64,000 bases of DNA from Mustelus asterias (taxonomy: Eukaryota): positions 78,306,001-78,370,000 of the forward strand of contig NC_135818.1 of assembly GCF_964213995.1 (NCBI RefSeq), given 5' to 3'. The translations under genes were made by a program, and so were the position numbers. The number at the start of each line of letters is the position of its first letter. Position 1 is the stretch's first letter. Of this stretch, positions 12,390 to 24,089 are shown one piece after another. Under the pieces are notes generated by a model. That model was not told the DNA's origin and searched no databases. It saw only the letters and a program-made list of their open reading frames with translations.

Positions 12390-13207
12390 TTTGCGGACGG
12401 CCTCCAAACCCGGTGACAATCGTGCAGAGGATAATAGGCGGCAAGCTGGCAGAAGAGGGGAGCTTCCCCTGGCATGTACTGGTGTTGGCAAGGGGTCGGG
12501 GGAGGGCTGGTGGCACCCTGATTGGTGGAGGTTGGGTTTTGACGGCTGCCCACATCTTCTACCCCAAGGGCAGCCTTCGAATAGACCTGGTCCGCCAACG
12601 CAACACCACCCAGATCCGGATGAGCCCAGGCACCAGCCTGCGAGCACGGCTGGCAGGGGCCAACCAGGAGATTGAGGATATCGTGGTGCACCCAGGTTTT
12701 GAGGAGGCACCACACAATTTTGATAACGACATTGCCCTGATCAAGCTGAGGGTAAACCAGGAAGAGGAGGGGGTGATGCCTGCCTGCTTACCCAGGACTC
12801 GGGGGCGTAAGGAGAGTGACCTCTTCCAGCCTGGGAGAATAGGCTATGTGGCTGGCTGGGGGATAGAAGACGGTCGCTTCCTCTGTGACCCGCTGCGCTA
12901 TGTCCCACTGCCCTTTGTCCACCAGAACCGCTGCTTGCAAGCTTTCCAGGAAGCACGAATCTTGGGTTACCGTCCTCCAGTCACCTACAACATGTTTTGT
13001 GCTGGCATTCCCGAGGGGGGTAAGGATGCTTGTGCTGGAGACACAGGTGGGGGCTTCCTAGTACCTGACCCACACTCGGGAGCCTGGTACTTGATAGGCA
13101 TCGTGTCTTGGGGCACTGGTTGTGGGCGGCCGGGACGCTACGGAGTGTACACACGGGTGTCCAGCTACCTCCACTGGATTAACTCCATCATTGCTGCACA
13201 TCCCTAG
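12390..13207 (+). CDS. Exon 3: single-exon trypsin-fold domain, C1r/C1s/MASP-like, with Ser195 replaced by Thr
   Basis: Acceptor tctttgcag|TT in phase 1. VCGRP linker Cys, activation site R|IIGG, WVLTAAH (His57), DIALIKL (Asp102), KDACAGDTGG, IVSWG, YGVYT. No Cys42-Cys58 histidine loop and no introns in the domain, as in C1r/C1s/MASP-2/MASP-3. The spliced CDS is 1014 nt (337 aa). Confidence 0.92.
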
Positions 13208-15289
13208 AGCAAATCTTCCCTCAAACCAACAGCACTGCACAAAATCCTGTTGGTAGGCTTTAGGCTGAATCCGATCTTATTGGGGTTATTATGCGGAGGT
13301 AACAAAATACAACAAATTTTCACAGTCCCCTTGAGGCTCAACCCCATTCCCGCCACTCCAAATTGTGAAGACATCTCACCTCCCCAGTCTGTGGGAGTCC
13401 TCATTTCCCCAAACTCTGATCTCCTTACATCCCCTAAACTATGGGTCTCTTCATCTCCGCACACTGTGGGAGTCCTCACCCTCCAAATTGTAGGCATCCT
13501 CAGCTCTGGCATGTCAGACTAAATGAAAGTATACCATTAAACAGAGGCAATGGAACATATGAACATATAAATTAGAAGCAGCAGAGGATCACTCAGCCCC
13601 TCTGGTCTGCTCTGCTATTTAATAAGATTGTAGCTGACCTGGTTGTGGCCTCAACGCCACATTCTGCCCACCTCCGATACTCCTTTGTTGGTTAAAAATC
13701 GATCTACCTCTGCCTTAAAATTATTCATTGACCCTGCCTCCACCATTCTCTGGGGAAGAGAGTTTTAAAGATAAAGGAATACAAGAGTATTGACGTTATA
13801 ATGCTTGCTTTATGGAACACTGTAAACAACAAATTAATAAAGATCGGGGCACTTTGTGTCCTTTGCAGAATTTCTGTATGACTGAGAAGTGTGATTGGGA
13901 GGATGGGCTGGTGTGTTTTCATGTAATCTCTCTGTTATCTGAATGTGGGTACAGATGGCATCTGAATATTCTAAGATTTCAATCGATTTATGACTTGCAT
14001 TTTCTAAAGCTCCTTTTGGAATCTCAGGAGGTCCTGAAACGGTATACAGCCAATGAAGTGCCCCCGAGGTGGAGTCACTGCTATCATCAGAGCCTTAATG
14101 AGGGCTTGGCATCCATATTAAGGTGTTATGTCCAGAATTGGGACCCACAACCACATCTGAGATCCAACCAGATCATGCAATCGGGGCCTTGAAGAAGTCA
14201 CAATACTTCAGTAGCTCTCACCTGTCGGATTTCCAGTAAAAGCTACGTTTTCTGCTGGTTGACAGGTGGTGGATCAAGGGTGCATTGAACGTTTATTGGT
14301 GTCTCTTTCCCTTCAATGCCTGACTTGTGTGTAGCACCCAGAGATCTGAAAGTTTTGATTTATTGGTGAGATGAGGCAATTTCTGATGCAATCAGCTTGC
14401 AGCTTGTCTCCAGGGATATCAGTTGTTCAACTCCAAGTGATTGTTTCCCTTGAGTCTTTTTTTAATCAATCTGTTCAAAGGATGTAGGTATCACTGGCTA
14501 GGGTTTCTTGACCCGCTGTAGTCCACATAGTGCAGGTACACCGACAGTGCTGTTGGGGAGCGAGTTCCAGGATAAGGACCCGCAATAGTGAAAGAAAGGC
14601 AATACTTTTCCAAATCAGGATGGTGTGTGGCTTGAAGGGGAACTTGCAGATGGTGGCATTCCCATGCATCTGCTGCCTTTGTCCTTCTAGGTGGTAAGTG
14701 TTGTGGGTTTGGAAGGTGCTGTAAAAAGACCCTTGGTGAGTTGCTGCAATACATCTTGTAGATGGTACACACTGCTGCCATTGAGCATCGGTGGAGGGAG
14801 TGACTGTTTAAGGTGGTCGATGGGTTGTGTTGTATGGATGGTGTCAATCTTCTTCAGTGTTGTTGGACCTGCTCTCGTTGCCACAGTAGCCGGTCCAATT
14901 CAATTTCTGGTCCATGGTAACTCCCAAGATGTTGATAATGGCGGATTCAGCAATGGTAATAGCACTGAAGTCAAGGAAAGATAGTTGGATTTTTATTAAA
15001 GATGGTCATTGTCTGGCACTACTATGGGATTGTTATTTAGGACTTGGTTAGCTTGATCACCTGTAGCACCACTGAGCCATTCTTGGTGATAGACATTGAA
15101 GTCCCCCACCTGGAGTACATTCTGTGTCCTTGCCACCCTCAGGGGGTAAGGGGTATGTTGATGGCGGCAGCTGATAATCAGCAGGTTTCCTTGCCCATGT
15201 TTAACCTAATGCCATGAGACTTCATGGGGGTCATAGGTCAATGTTGAGGACTGGTAGGGCAACTCCCTCGTGACTTTATACCACTGTCC

Positions 15290-15755
15290 TGGAAGTTGCC
15301 TAGTATGGAGGGCATTAGCTCTGAGCAGAGGTTGGAGAAACTTGGTTTGTTCTCACTGGAATCACAGAGGTTGAGGGGCGACCTGATGGAAATCTACAAG
15401 ATTATGAGGGACATGGACAGAGTGGATAGTCAGAAGCTTTTTCCCAGGGTGGAAGAGTCAATTACGAGGGGGCATAGGTTTAAGGTGCGAGGGGCAAGAT
15501 TTAAAAGAGATGTACGCGACAAGGTTTTTACACAGAGGGTGGTGGGTGCCTGGAATTCGCTGCTGGGGCAGGTAGTGGAAGCAGATACAGTAGTTACTTT
15601 TAAGGGGCATCTGGACAAATACATGAATAGGATGGGAATAGAGGGATATGGTCCCTGGAAGGATAGGGAGTTTTAGTTCAGACGGGCAGCATGGTCGGTG
15701 CAGGCTTGGAGGGCCGAAGGGACTGTTCCTGTGCTGTAATTTTCTTTGTTCTTTG
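15290..15755 (+). mobile_element. CR1 LINE 3' fragment nested in an older - strand LINE (about 14490-16130)
   Basis: RLRGDL..YKIM..TRGH..FTQRVV and a TTCTTTG tail. Confidence 0.92.
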
Positions 15756-16332
15756 TATACCCAAGGATGATGATGGTGGTGTCTGGGACATAGTTATATG
15801 TATGGAATCATAGCTTACAGACATTGTCAGGCTGTTGCTTGTCTAGATTGTGGGCAGCTCTCCCAATTTTAGCACAAGCCCTCAGATGTTATTAAGGAAT
15901 GTTGACAAGGCAGGGTTTGCTGCTGTTGTTTCCAGTTTCTAACCTAATGCTACATGTTCCGTCTGGTTTCATTTCTTTTAGACATAGTGGTTTGATACAA
16001 CAGAGTGGCTTGCTGCTGCCACTGTGCATCAGGGAGGGAATGAATATTTAAGGTGGAGGAGGATAAGATGCCAATCAAGAAGGCTGCCTCGTATGGATGG
16101 TGTCAAGCTTCTTGAGTGTTGTTGGACGTCCTGTTAAGAGCCAATCACATTGCTGTGGATCTGTAGTCATGTGTAGACCAGAAGGTATTGGCAGATTTTC
16201 TCCTCTAAAGGACATTAATGAACAAAATGGGTTTTTACGGCAATCGTTTCATGGTCACTATTACCAAGACTAGCTTTTAGTACCAGATTTATTAACTGAA
16301 TTTAAATTCCACCAGCTACCATGGTGGAGTTT

Positions 16333-17655
16333 TGTTGGGGAAATTCATAGTAGGTTAAAGAAATTTTAAATAAGCAGGGATTTAAGTTACTAACAAAATA
16401 CTAACGATAAGTGAAATGACCTTAGATTAGACTTACAAGCTAACAGGGGAACAATCTATGGAGAAACACATATAAACACTGCAAGTGATTTAACAAAGTT
16501 TGAGACTTGAACAAGTATTTCTGATTTAAACATGTATTTTGAATCTTTAAAAATGTATTTTAGCTGTATGTTGAAGAAATCTACACTTTAGCTAAAAGTA
16601 GGTTACTGCAAAGCCTAATAGGATAACATATTTGCACCTGCACCACTCACCTGTTTTTACATATAATTGATGCCAGCCCTGCATCTTTGGGTATATAATC
16701 TGGACAGTGTCAAAGGCATCTGTTGGTACCTCAGTGCCAATACATTCTTTGATGCTCACCATACTGAATGTTGGCTCATTTTGTGCGTCAATGGTTTGAT
16801 TATCATCACCACCAGACAGTGTCACTTGGCCAGTCATTTTGTGGATCTTGTTCTGGCGATGTTTGGTGTGCACTCTTAGTCAGTCAATTGGGATACTGTA
16901 CCTGTCCAGCCCCTGGTTCTGCTTCCCCATGATGTCAAACCACTTGGTTTGACCTGTGTTTTCTGTATGGGATAAGAGGCATATTGAGATGAGCCACATT
17001 CTTTAGAACAATGAAAGTACAGAATCTGTAAGTTCTTATCAATGATAGTTACCAGCAGTAAGATTCCCAGAGCCCCTTTATGAATAGGATAGTTCACACT
17101 GTCCAGATATGGCAGGTGCTTTCAAAGTCCTTTATGAATAGAGTTGTTCACATTATCCAGATAAGGCAGGTCTAAGAATGTACATCTGTCTAGTTCGGCC
17201 ATTGATGTAAGCAAGAGTTGTTGGAAACATTAACTTTAACCTCTGTAGCTAAGCATCAGAGGTTGCTAAGCAACAGATGAAGCAGCGTCAGCGACAGAGA
17301 GAGGAAGCATCCGGATTTTACGGACCAATGAAATCCCATGAGGTCAGCAGATAAGAGGCAATTGGCTAAAGTATATGACAAGTATTAACAATGATTGATT
17401 TGTATTGAAAATGGCTGGTTCATAACTAATGGAAGGCAGAAAATGTAAACTTGATCTGTCTGTTGCATTGTAACCTCGGAGTGCTATTGAAAAGCTCAAG
17501 GCCTTCTCTTGTATTAAGGCATTAGACTGCCCAATCCTCATTCTCCCATTGATTGTTGGTTAATAAAGTTGCGTCTTTAACCCGGACACTGGCTTTCATG
17601 AGTCTTTGTATTGGCTGAAGTTTTTGGTGATACCTAGCCTCCAGAGAACCCCACA
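16333..17655 (+). mobile_element. Probable solo LTR inserted in an old SINE
   Basis: Ends TGTTGGGG...CCCCACA; internal ~55-bp direct repeat (about 17072-17172); CCAAT boxes; AATAAA near 17562; host SINE sequence resumes on both sides. TSD is ambiguous (GTTT, with 4 extra nt on the right). Confidence 0.6.
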
Positions 17656-18249
17656 ATGGGTTTGAATCTGTGCCCCCAGAGCAGTAGCCTGGGCTCCTGG
17701 ATTACTAGCTAGTGACATCATCACAATGCCACCACCTCACCCTCCACTCTTCCAGGATGTAGCAGATCGGAAAAGGAGTTTATGAGGGAAGGGGGGAGGA
17801 GTGGAGGTAGTGAAAGAGTGGTGAGGATGTGGAATTTGCTACCATAAGCAGCACTGAAATTAATAGGCTGCAGGAATATGCAAACATTGGCAGAGGCAAT
17901 TCAGTGCAGAAAAGTGCATTTGGTATGAAGACACAGAATAGAATCTTGGCTCTGGGCACATGCTGATGGCTTATACACTATCGGTTGGGCATTTTATTTG
18001 AACTTTTGTCTAATGTTTAAGTTGCATAATTCATTGACTGTATGTTGGTTGTGGGCGCCTTTCACCGTCCTGTTTTTCAATTATTGCCTCTCATACTCCT
18101 GGGAGTATCGACCAGTGATGGCTGGGAAGGATTGCCACCCTTGTCTACCAAATTGTAACTTTGCTGTGATTCTGCAGTACAGTAAAGTGTGTAAGTTTGG
18201 AATGGTATACATTATTTGTTTCAGGCCATGTTGCGTAGCCTGCCAGCTG

Positions 18250-19500
18250 ATGATCTGGGTTGCAGAGTTAGGTGGTCTTCCCATGGTGTAAGTATGGGAT
18301 ATACAATGGTACTCTCGGGGGTTCTCACTCTTGTCTTGATGATGCCATGAATGGTGACCATGAACAGGAGGTCCCTGCAATCACTGGAGCTGTAGTGTCC
18401 ACAACATTTCTTTGGTGACTGGGATTATTTGTTAGAACAACACAGTGTAATGGATCCCATGGATGGAATCTCTGAGCCATTGTAGGTGTTGAGTTTGGCA
18501 ATGATTGGTTGAACCATCACTTGCCACTTCTGCGGGTACATGGATTAGTACATAGATAGCACAAAGTGGAAGGATATTTGCACCTGTACCACTCTCCAGT
18601 TTTGCCTATAATTCATGCTAGCCCTGCATCTTTGGGCATATAATTTGGACAGTGTCAAAGGCATCTGTTGGCACTTCAGTGGCCAATAGATTCTTTGATG
18701 CTCACCATACTGAATGCCAGCTCATTTTGTGCGTCGATGGTTTAATTATCATCACCACCAGAGTGTCACTTGGCCAGTCATTTTGTGGATCTTGTTCTGG
18801 CGATGTTTGGTATGCACTCTTAGTCAGTCGATTGGAATGCTGTACCTGTCCGGCCTCTGGTTCTGCTTTCCCATGATGTCAAACCACTTTGTCTGACCTT
18901 TGCTTTCTGCATTGGCAGTTTGTGTCCTCTACAGCCATGTACCTTCCATTCAGCATTAAAAGCTTGGCAATTTCTGGGTGAATGTGTGCCGCCACACTAC
19001 TTGCTTACTAGGCTTTCTTGCACTGGCCATCATGTCATGAATGGATGAATTCCATACAGTCGATAGACTATGGCTCTGTACTTGTATCTGCTTTGTAATC
19101 GTGCTTCCATACTGTAACCTTTGGCTTGGTCCAAGAGATCTTTTTGGAATGCTTTTATGGGGGTAGATGCCACCATGAGCTCAATAATTCTGCCGGCTTA
19201 CTCTATTGCCTTAAAATCACGCCATTGTCTCTGAATCTGCTTATGAATGGGTCAGTGGTCTACTCTGTATTCTGAAAGACATGAATTCCAGACGGTGCAT
19301 TCTGAAATTAAGGGGTATTGGAAATTCTGTGAACTTCCTGTGACTTTTCGCCGGATAAACAGGTCCATCTGTAACAGGAGCAAATAATCAGGGTCTTTGG
19401 TCCTACAGGACTGTGCATTTCTGGTGCCTGCTGCAGTACCTTTACTGGCCACAGCTTGTTTGACAACAAGGGTGTCACTATTGAGTTGTTGCTGCTTCAC
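18250..19500 (-). mobile_element. Decayed Ty3/Gypsy (Mag-like) gag-protease fragment
   Basis: Minus-strand remnants of a zinc knuckle (CGGTHSPRNCQAF...GH), a GTGANIL protease-like motif and VVDTTAPVIAG. Confidence 0.55.
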
Positions 19501-21076
19501 CAAGCACATGGGAGCTGTCCACAAAGCTGCAATGTTTTGGCGAAAATGGACTGCAGATTCTAAAGGGAAAATTTAAGTCAGAAAATACTTTTAACAGCCC
19601 TTTTTAAGCTGGTAGCAGCTGTTGGGAACTGTCACTTAATGGACTCTTACTTGGCTTAGTCTCAAGTTTTTTAATTGTGCCCCTCCCCTCAGATGATCTG
19701 CTGCAGTCATGGAATATCTTCTCTGTGGAGCTGTAATGCACCTCCTCCCAGCAGGTTATTTAATTGCTGTTCCTGCATAACCTTCACAGCAGGTAGACTG
19801 AGACTACTTAAACTCTCCTAACTTTGAACGATCTAACCATGACCCAAAGCTTGCTGGCTGGAGGCGTGATGTCCCAGAACTAAGGTACTGGGTGTAGGAT
19901 TCCTGAACTGGTGCAGAATCACTTACTCACTCCAACAATGTGAGTACTTGATCATCATTTTACTTCCACATTAATCTACTACATGAAAGGTTTGAGGTTG
20001 TATTTTTCTTGGTTGAATCTTCAAGAATCACAACCAGAACTGGTAGCACATTGATACATTTGTAATAAACAGAAGAATGCAATCATGCAGCAAGGATTGA
20101 GAAAACAATATTGTGGGTTCTTTATTTGAAGAGGATGTACAATGTTAATCAGGAGGTTGGGTGGACATGTTTAACCTGTATGACTGCCACTGTATTCCAT
20201 TTGCAGTTCATGAAATTGGATCTGTGTTGTCAGTCCTTTTCACTTTGCTAGCAAATACCTTGTCATCACTGTGATGTTCAAATCAGCCCATCCAAATTAA
20301 TCACAGTTACAGCCTTTAGCTTTGGCTCATTGTGCCCTCAAGAAGGTGGTGGTGAGCTGTCTTTTTAAACCACTGCTGTCCATGCGGTGCAGTCAGAGAG
20401 GGTGTTCCAGGATTTTGACTTAACAGGGTAAAATATGCTCCCATAAAGCATACCACATCATAACAGTAACAAGACTGAATTAAGGTTTGGAAAACATCTC
20501 AAACTCATTTGGTTGTAAGGCAAATTTAGCTATTCTTCCATGGTAAGCATGTAATTGTAATGTATGCAGCTTCGAAAGGGTTTCTGTGAAAAATTTTTCT
20601 GCTCCATGAAGCTAATCTAATGTCGAGATTACTGTCAGTGTCACATCCCATATTATTCAGCTGTAATGATTCCAGTCCAAGGAATATTAATGTTCCATAA
20701 ACCATTGCTAACGATAAATTCATCTGTCTCTTTTAAAAGCTATTGACAGTATTAAATGTTGTAGCACATGGACACTCAATGGGAAATAAAATCTTTTTAA
20801 TTTATTCTTCAGAGCCATGCAGCCAAAAGAGTCCTCCAGCTCTGCAATCCCTATCCAAAAAACTCTCGCAATGGAACTAATTTCCTTGAAGTCCACAATT
20901 TGCAGCACTGAACGTGTGCTAACTGTTCTCTTTCCATTGTTCTATAAATGTCACCACTTCTCCTCCCACTACTACTTTCTGAACTGGAGAAAAAATAATT
21001 TCCAAAATCAAATCATTGCAGATTTAGAAAATAATAGTTACCTACCTCTCAAAGGGCTTATGGATGGTTGAGTGTT

Positions 21077-21250
21077 CACAGTAAGAGTTTTAACAACACC
21101 AGGTTAAAGTCCAACAGGTTTATCTGGTAGCAAATACCATTAGCTTTCGGAGCGCTGCTCCTTGCTACCAAATAAACCTGTTGGACTTTAACCTGGTGTT
21201 GTTAAAACTCTTACTGTGTTCACCCCAGTCCAATGCCGGCATCTCCACAT
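21077..21250 (+). mobile_element. Short Penelope-like element with inverted 5' duplication
   Basis: Inverted arms 21077-21133 and 21162-21218; TSD ATGGT(T/C)GAGTGTT; 3' end CATCTCCACATC. Confidence 0.8.
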
Positions 21251-22910
21251 CATGGTCGAGTGTTGACAGATTTCACACTTTTTCCAAAAAGCGGTCATAG
21301 CAAAAGGCACACGGAAAATGTAATTCAAGTCATTAACACTCAAAAGCTCAAGTCTTGCTGCAGGCCCATTGATCATTTCACAAAGTTCATTCTCATTGTC
21401 CTGCTAGATACTATGTAGGTGTGGTGTGATGTGCTAATAATTGGAAGTTGGCTATTTTTAAACACACCAGACATAAACATTACCATTTGACATACACAAA
21501 TGAATGACTATGCACAACTACTGTCCCAATAAAGATAATTAGAGTTTTTATATTTGCCTGGATGAGTTTCAATTGCCTAAAAATTTGAAGAGGAACATGC
21601 TAATATTTTTCTTTCCCAAAATGGCCTGGGATCCTTTGTTTATTGCACTTCATGCAGGAAGTTATACATCTTAATATAGTCATCATGATTAAAGGAACAG
21701 GTGCATGGAACAGCACATTTCTTGTCCATCATTCTCCTTTACTTCCTGCACATGGACAGCTTCAGTTACCAAGGAGTCACAGATGGTGCTGCACGTTAAT
21801 GATTGCAGAAACATCCCTATTTCTGACCTTATGGAGGGATGGTCAAGGTTGAAGCAGCTTTAGAGATTTGGGCTCTAAACATTACCCTGAGGAGCTCCCA
21901 GTGATGTTCTTGGGCCGAGATGATTGGGCTCCAATAACCGTCTTCCCTTGTTCTAGGTTTTTCCCACAGATTCCCGTCAACCCTTTGAGTTTGTGAAGGC
22001 TCCTGGATACCATGCTGAAGAAGGGAAAGGGTTAATTTTTTTGTACTCAAAGTATTTTGTACCTAAAGGGTTAACGGATTTTGTACCTAGAATGTATCAC
22101 AAACATAACCCTTCATTGTGGCTAATCTCCCCAGGTTTATACTGCTCCTGGCATCAATATAAATTATTTATTCATGGTTTCATTCTTTCATTCGTGATCA
22201 AGGACTGTTAAATGGACTTTAATTCATGGCTGGTCTGGAGTTTGCTTCGTGACTGGTATTATGAGCCATGATATATAAATATCCACACTTCTTATGTTCA
22301 GTGAGAGATCTGGTGAACCGCTGTTAAGGTACCAGGTCTCTCCCAAAAACTTTTGAGAATAAAGCTCACTGTACTTTGACTTAGTAACTATCTCAGAGGT
22401 ATTATTTACCTACAACAATTTGGTGCCGAAACCTGGGAATTGTTTGCGGGCTCAGGTTGAATGGCCACAACCTGGGTACTGGAATAGAGTTCCGAACCTA
22501 ATAGGATGAGTCAAACTACAGTGGGTGATCATACGTGATGAGAGAGTGTGAGTGAAAGGAGTCTGAACTGAACACATACAGACAAGGAGGTGTTTGTTTC
22601 TTATACTCAGCCTTAGACCGAATGTTAAGAGGCCAGGATTTTGAAGTGGGTATAAAGACTGGAGAAAAGTTGCCTGAGGTGTGATGTTCAGACGTGAGTG
22701 AGAGAAAGACTATCTGAGTGATCACCGGAGTAGAAGCCGGCTTAATGATGTAAGCTTAATAGTGTAAGTTTAATAGTGTAAGCGGTGGTACGGAGGATTT
22801 GATCACCCCTGACAGGTAACACCGGACTCTGATAAGAGCGACCTAGGAGGGGAGAGCAAGAAGGGAGAATAGAAGACTCCAGGTGGTGCGTATAAAACCT
22901 TATCTGTATT

Positions 22911-24089
22911 ATGGCGGGATCACAAGGACAGTGGGGACCACCGAAATCCCTGATAAACGAATATATGACTAAGAGGGACAGATTCATTAAACAGGTGATA
23001 AAAGGGGGGAGGAATTCATCCCACCCACTAGACCAACAATGAAAATGGTTGGAAAAAGAAAAGAAAGATAGAACTAAGAAAATTGGAGTTCTCTTAGTTC
23101 ACCAATTGGCCGGATTAATTGAACAAGTCTCAGTCTTGGGTAAGAAATGGGCTGACGACAAAGCAAAAACTAAATTGTTGGGAGCATGCAATAGAGAAAT
23201 AGAAAGAAGAAACAAGACAAAGAAGATAGGAGTATTGTTAATACATCAGTTAGCTGGACTAATTGAACAAGTAGTCGCCTCCACTAAGAAGTGGAGTGAG
23301 GATAAAGAAAGGATTAGGGAGTTAGAATCCAGAGTAAGGGAACTGAAGAAACAAAACCAATTATTAGAAGAAAAGCAATGGAGAGGGGAAACCGTTCCTC
23401 TACCTCCTTATGAGTCCACACAACAGGGACTAACCGCTCTTCCAGAGGAGTGGGAAGTGCCAGTAACACAAGGGGGAACAGATGCGCAGCCAAAAGTAAA
23501 TTATGAACCCTTCACCCCAGGTGAGAGACAGCAGATAATGGTTTCCCTGGGTAAATTACAACCTAGAAGTGCAAACACTAAATTCTGGGAAGAATTAGAC
23601 ACAATCTGGGTAGGACATCAATTACACCTGAGAGACGTACACCAGCTGATCAGGGCAGCCTGTCCAGCAGGTAAGTGGAGGCAGGTAGCAGGTGGACCCG
23701 CCGTTCCTCCAGCACAGGATTATAGTGGGGGATGGTGGACACATGTAGTCACCCTAACATCAGAAATAGATGCCCAACAGACACCCTTCACCCAGTTTAA
23801 GGCAGAAATTCAGAGACTGTTAGGGAATGCTCCTACTAACTGGAGCGGAATAACCACAACAAAGCAGCTAAAAAGGGAAGGAGCTTCTGAATATGGGGGA
23901 TGGTTGTTCAAGGTATATCAGGAGTGCTCAAGACAAGGAGACCCAGGTTGAGGAGATTGAGCGTTCATCCAGGCTTTTAAGGATGAATTCTTTAGTGTTT
24001 ATCAAAACATCCTAAAATTGGGGGTGATCGTGTCCCAGGATTACGATGAGTTGGTAGAGTGGGCTAGTGGCATATCTGGAGCTGGATAG
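22911..24089 (+). pseudogene. gag: ERV gag, interrupted by in-frame stops
   Basis: ATG at 22911 is in frame with the 300-aa ORF, with one TGA at 23040 and further TGAs from 23949. Contains a coiled coil, an LPPY late-domain-like motif and a major-homology-region-like KQLKREGASEY. Confidence 0.75.

Noticed and set aside
12390-13207. Naming the gene haptoglobin, C1R, C1S or MASP, or calling it a processed pseudogene
   Set aside because: It keeps His57 (lost in mammalian haptoglobin) and lacks the CUB/CCP exons. A single-exon protease domain is normal for this family and upstream introns exist. Orthology cannot be settled without a tree.
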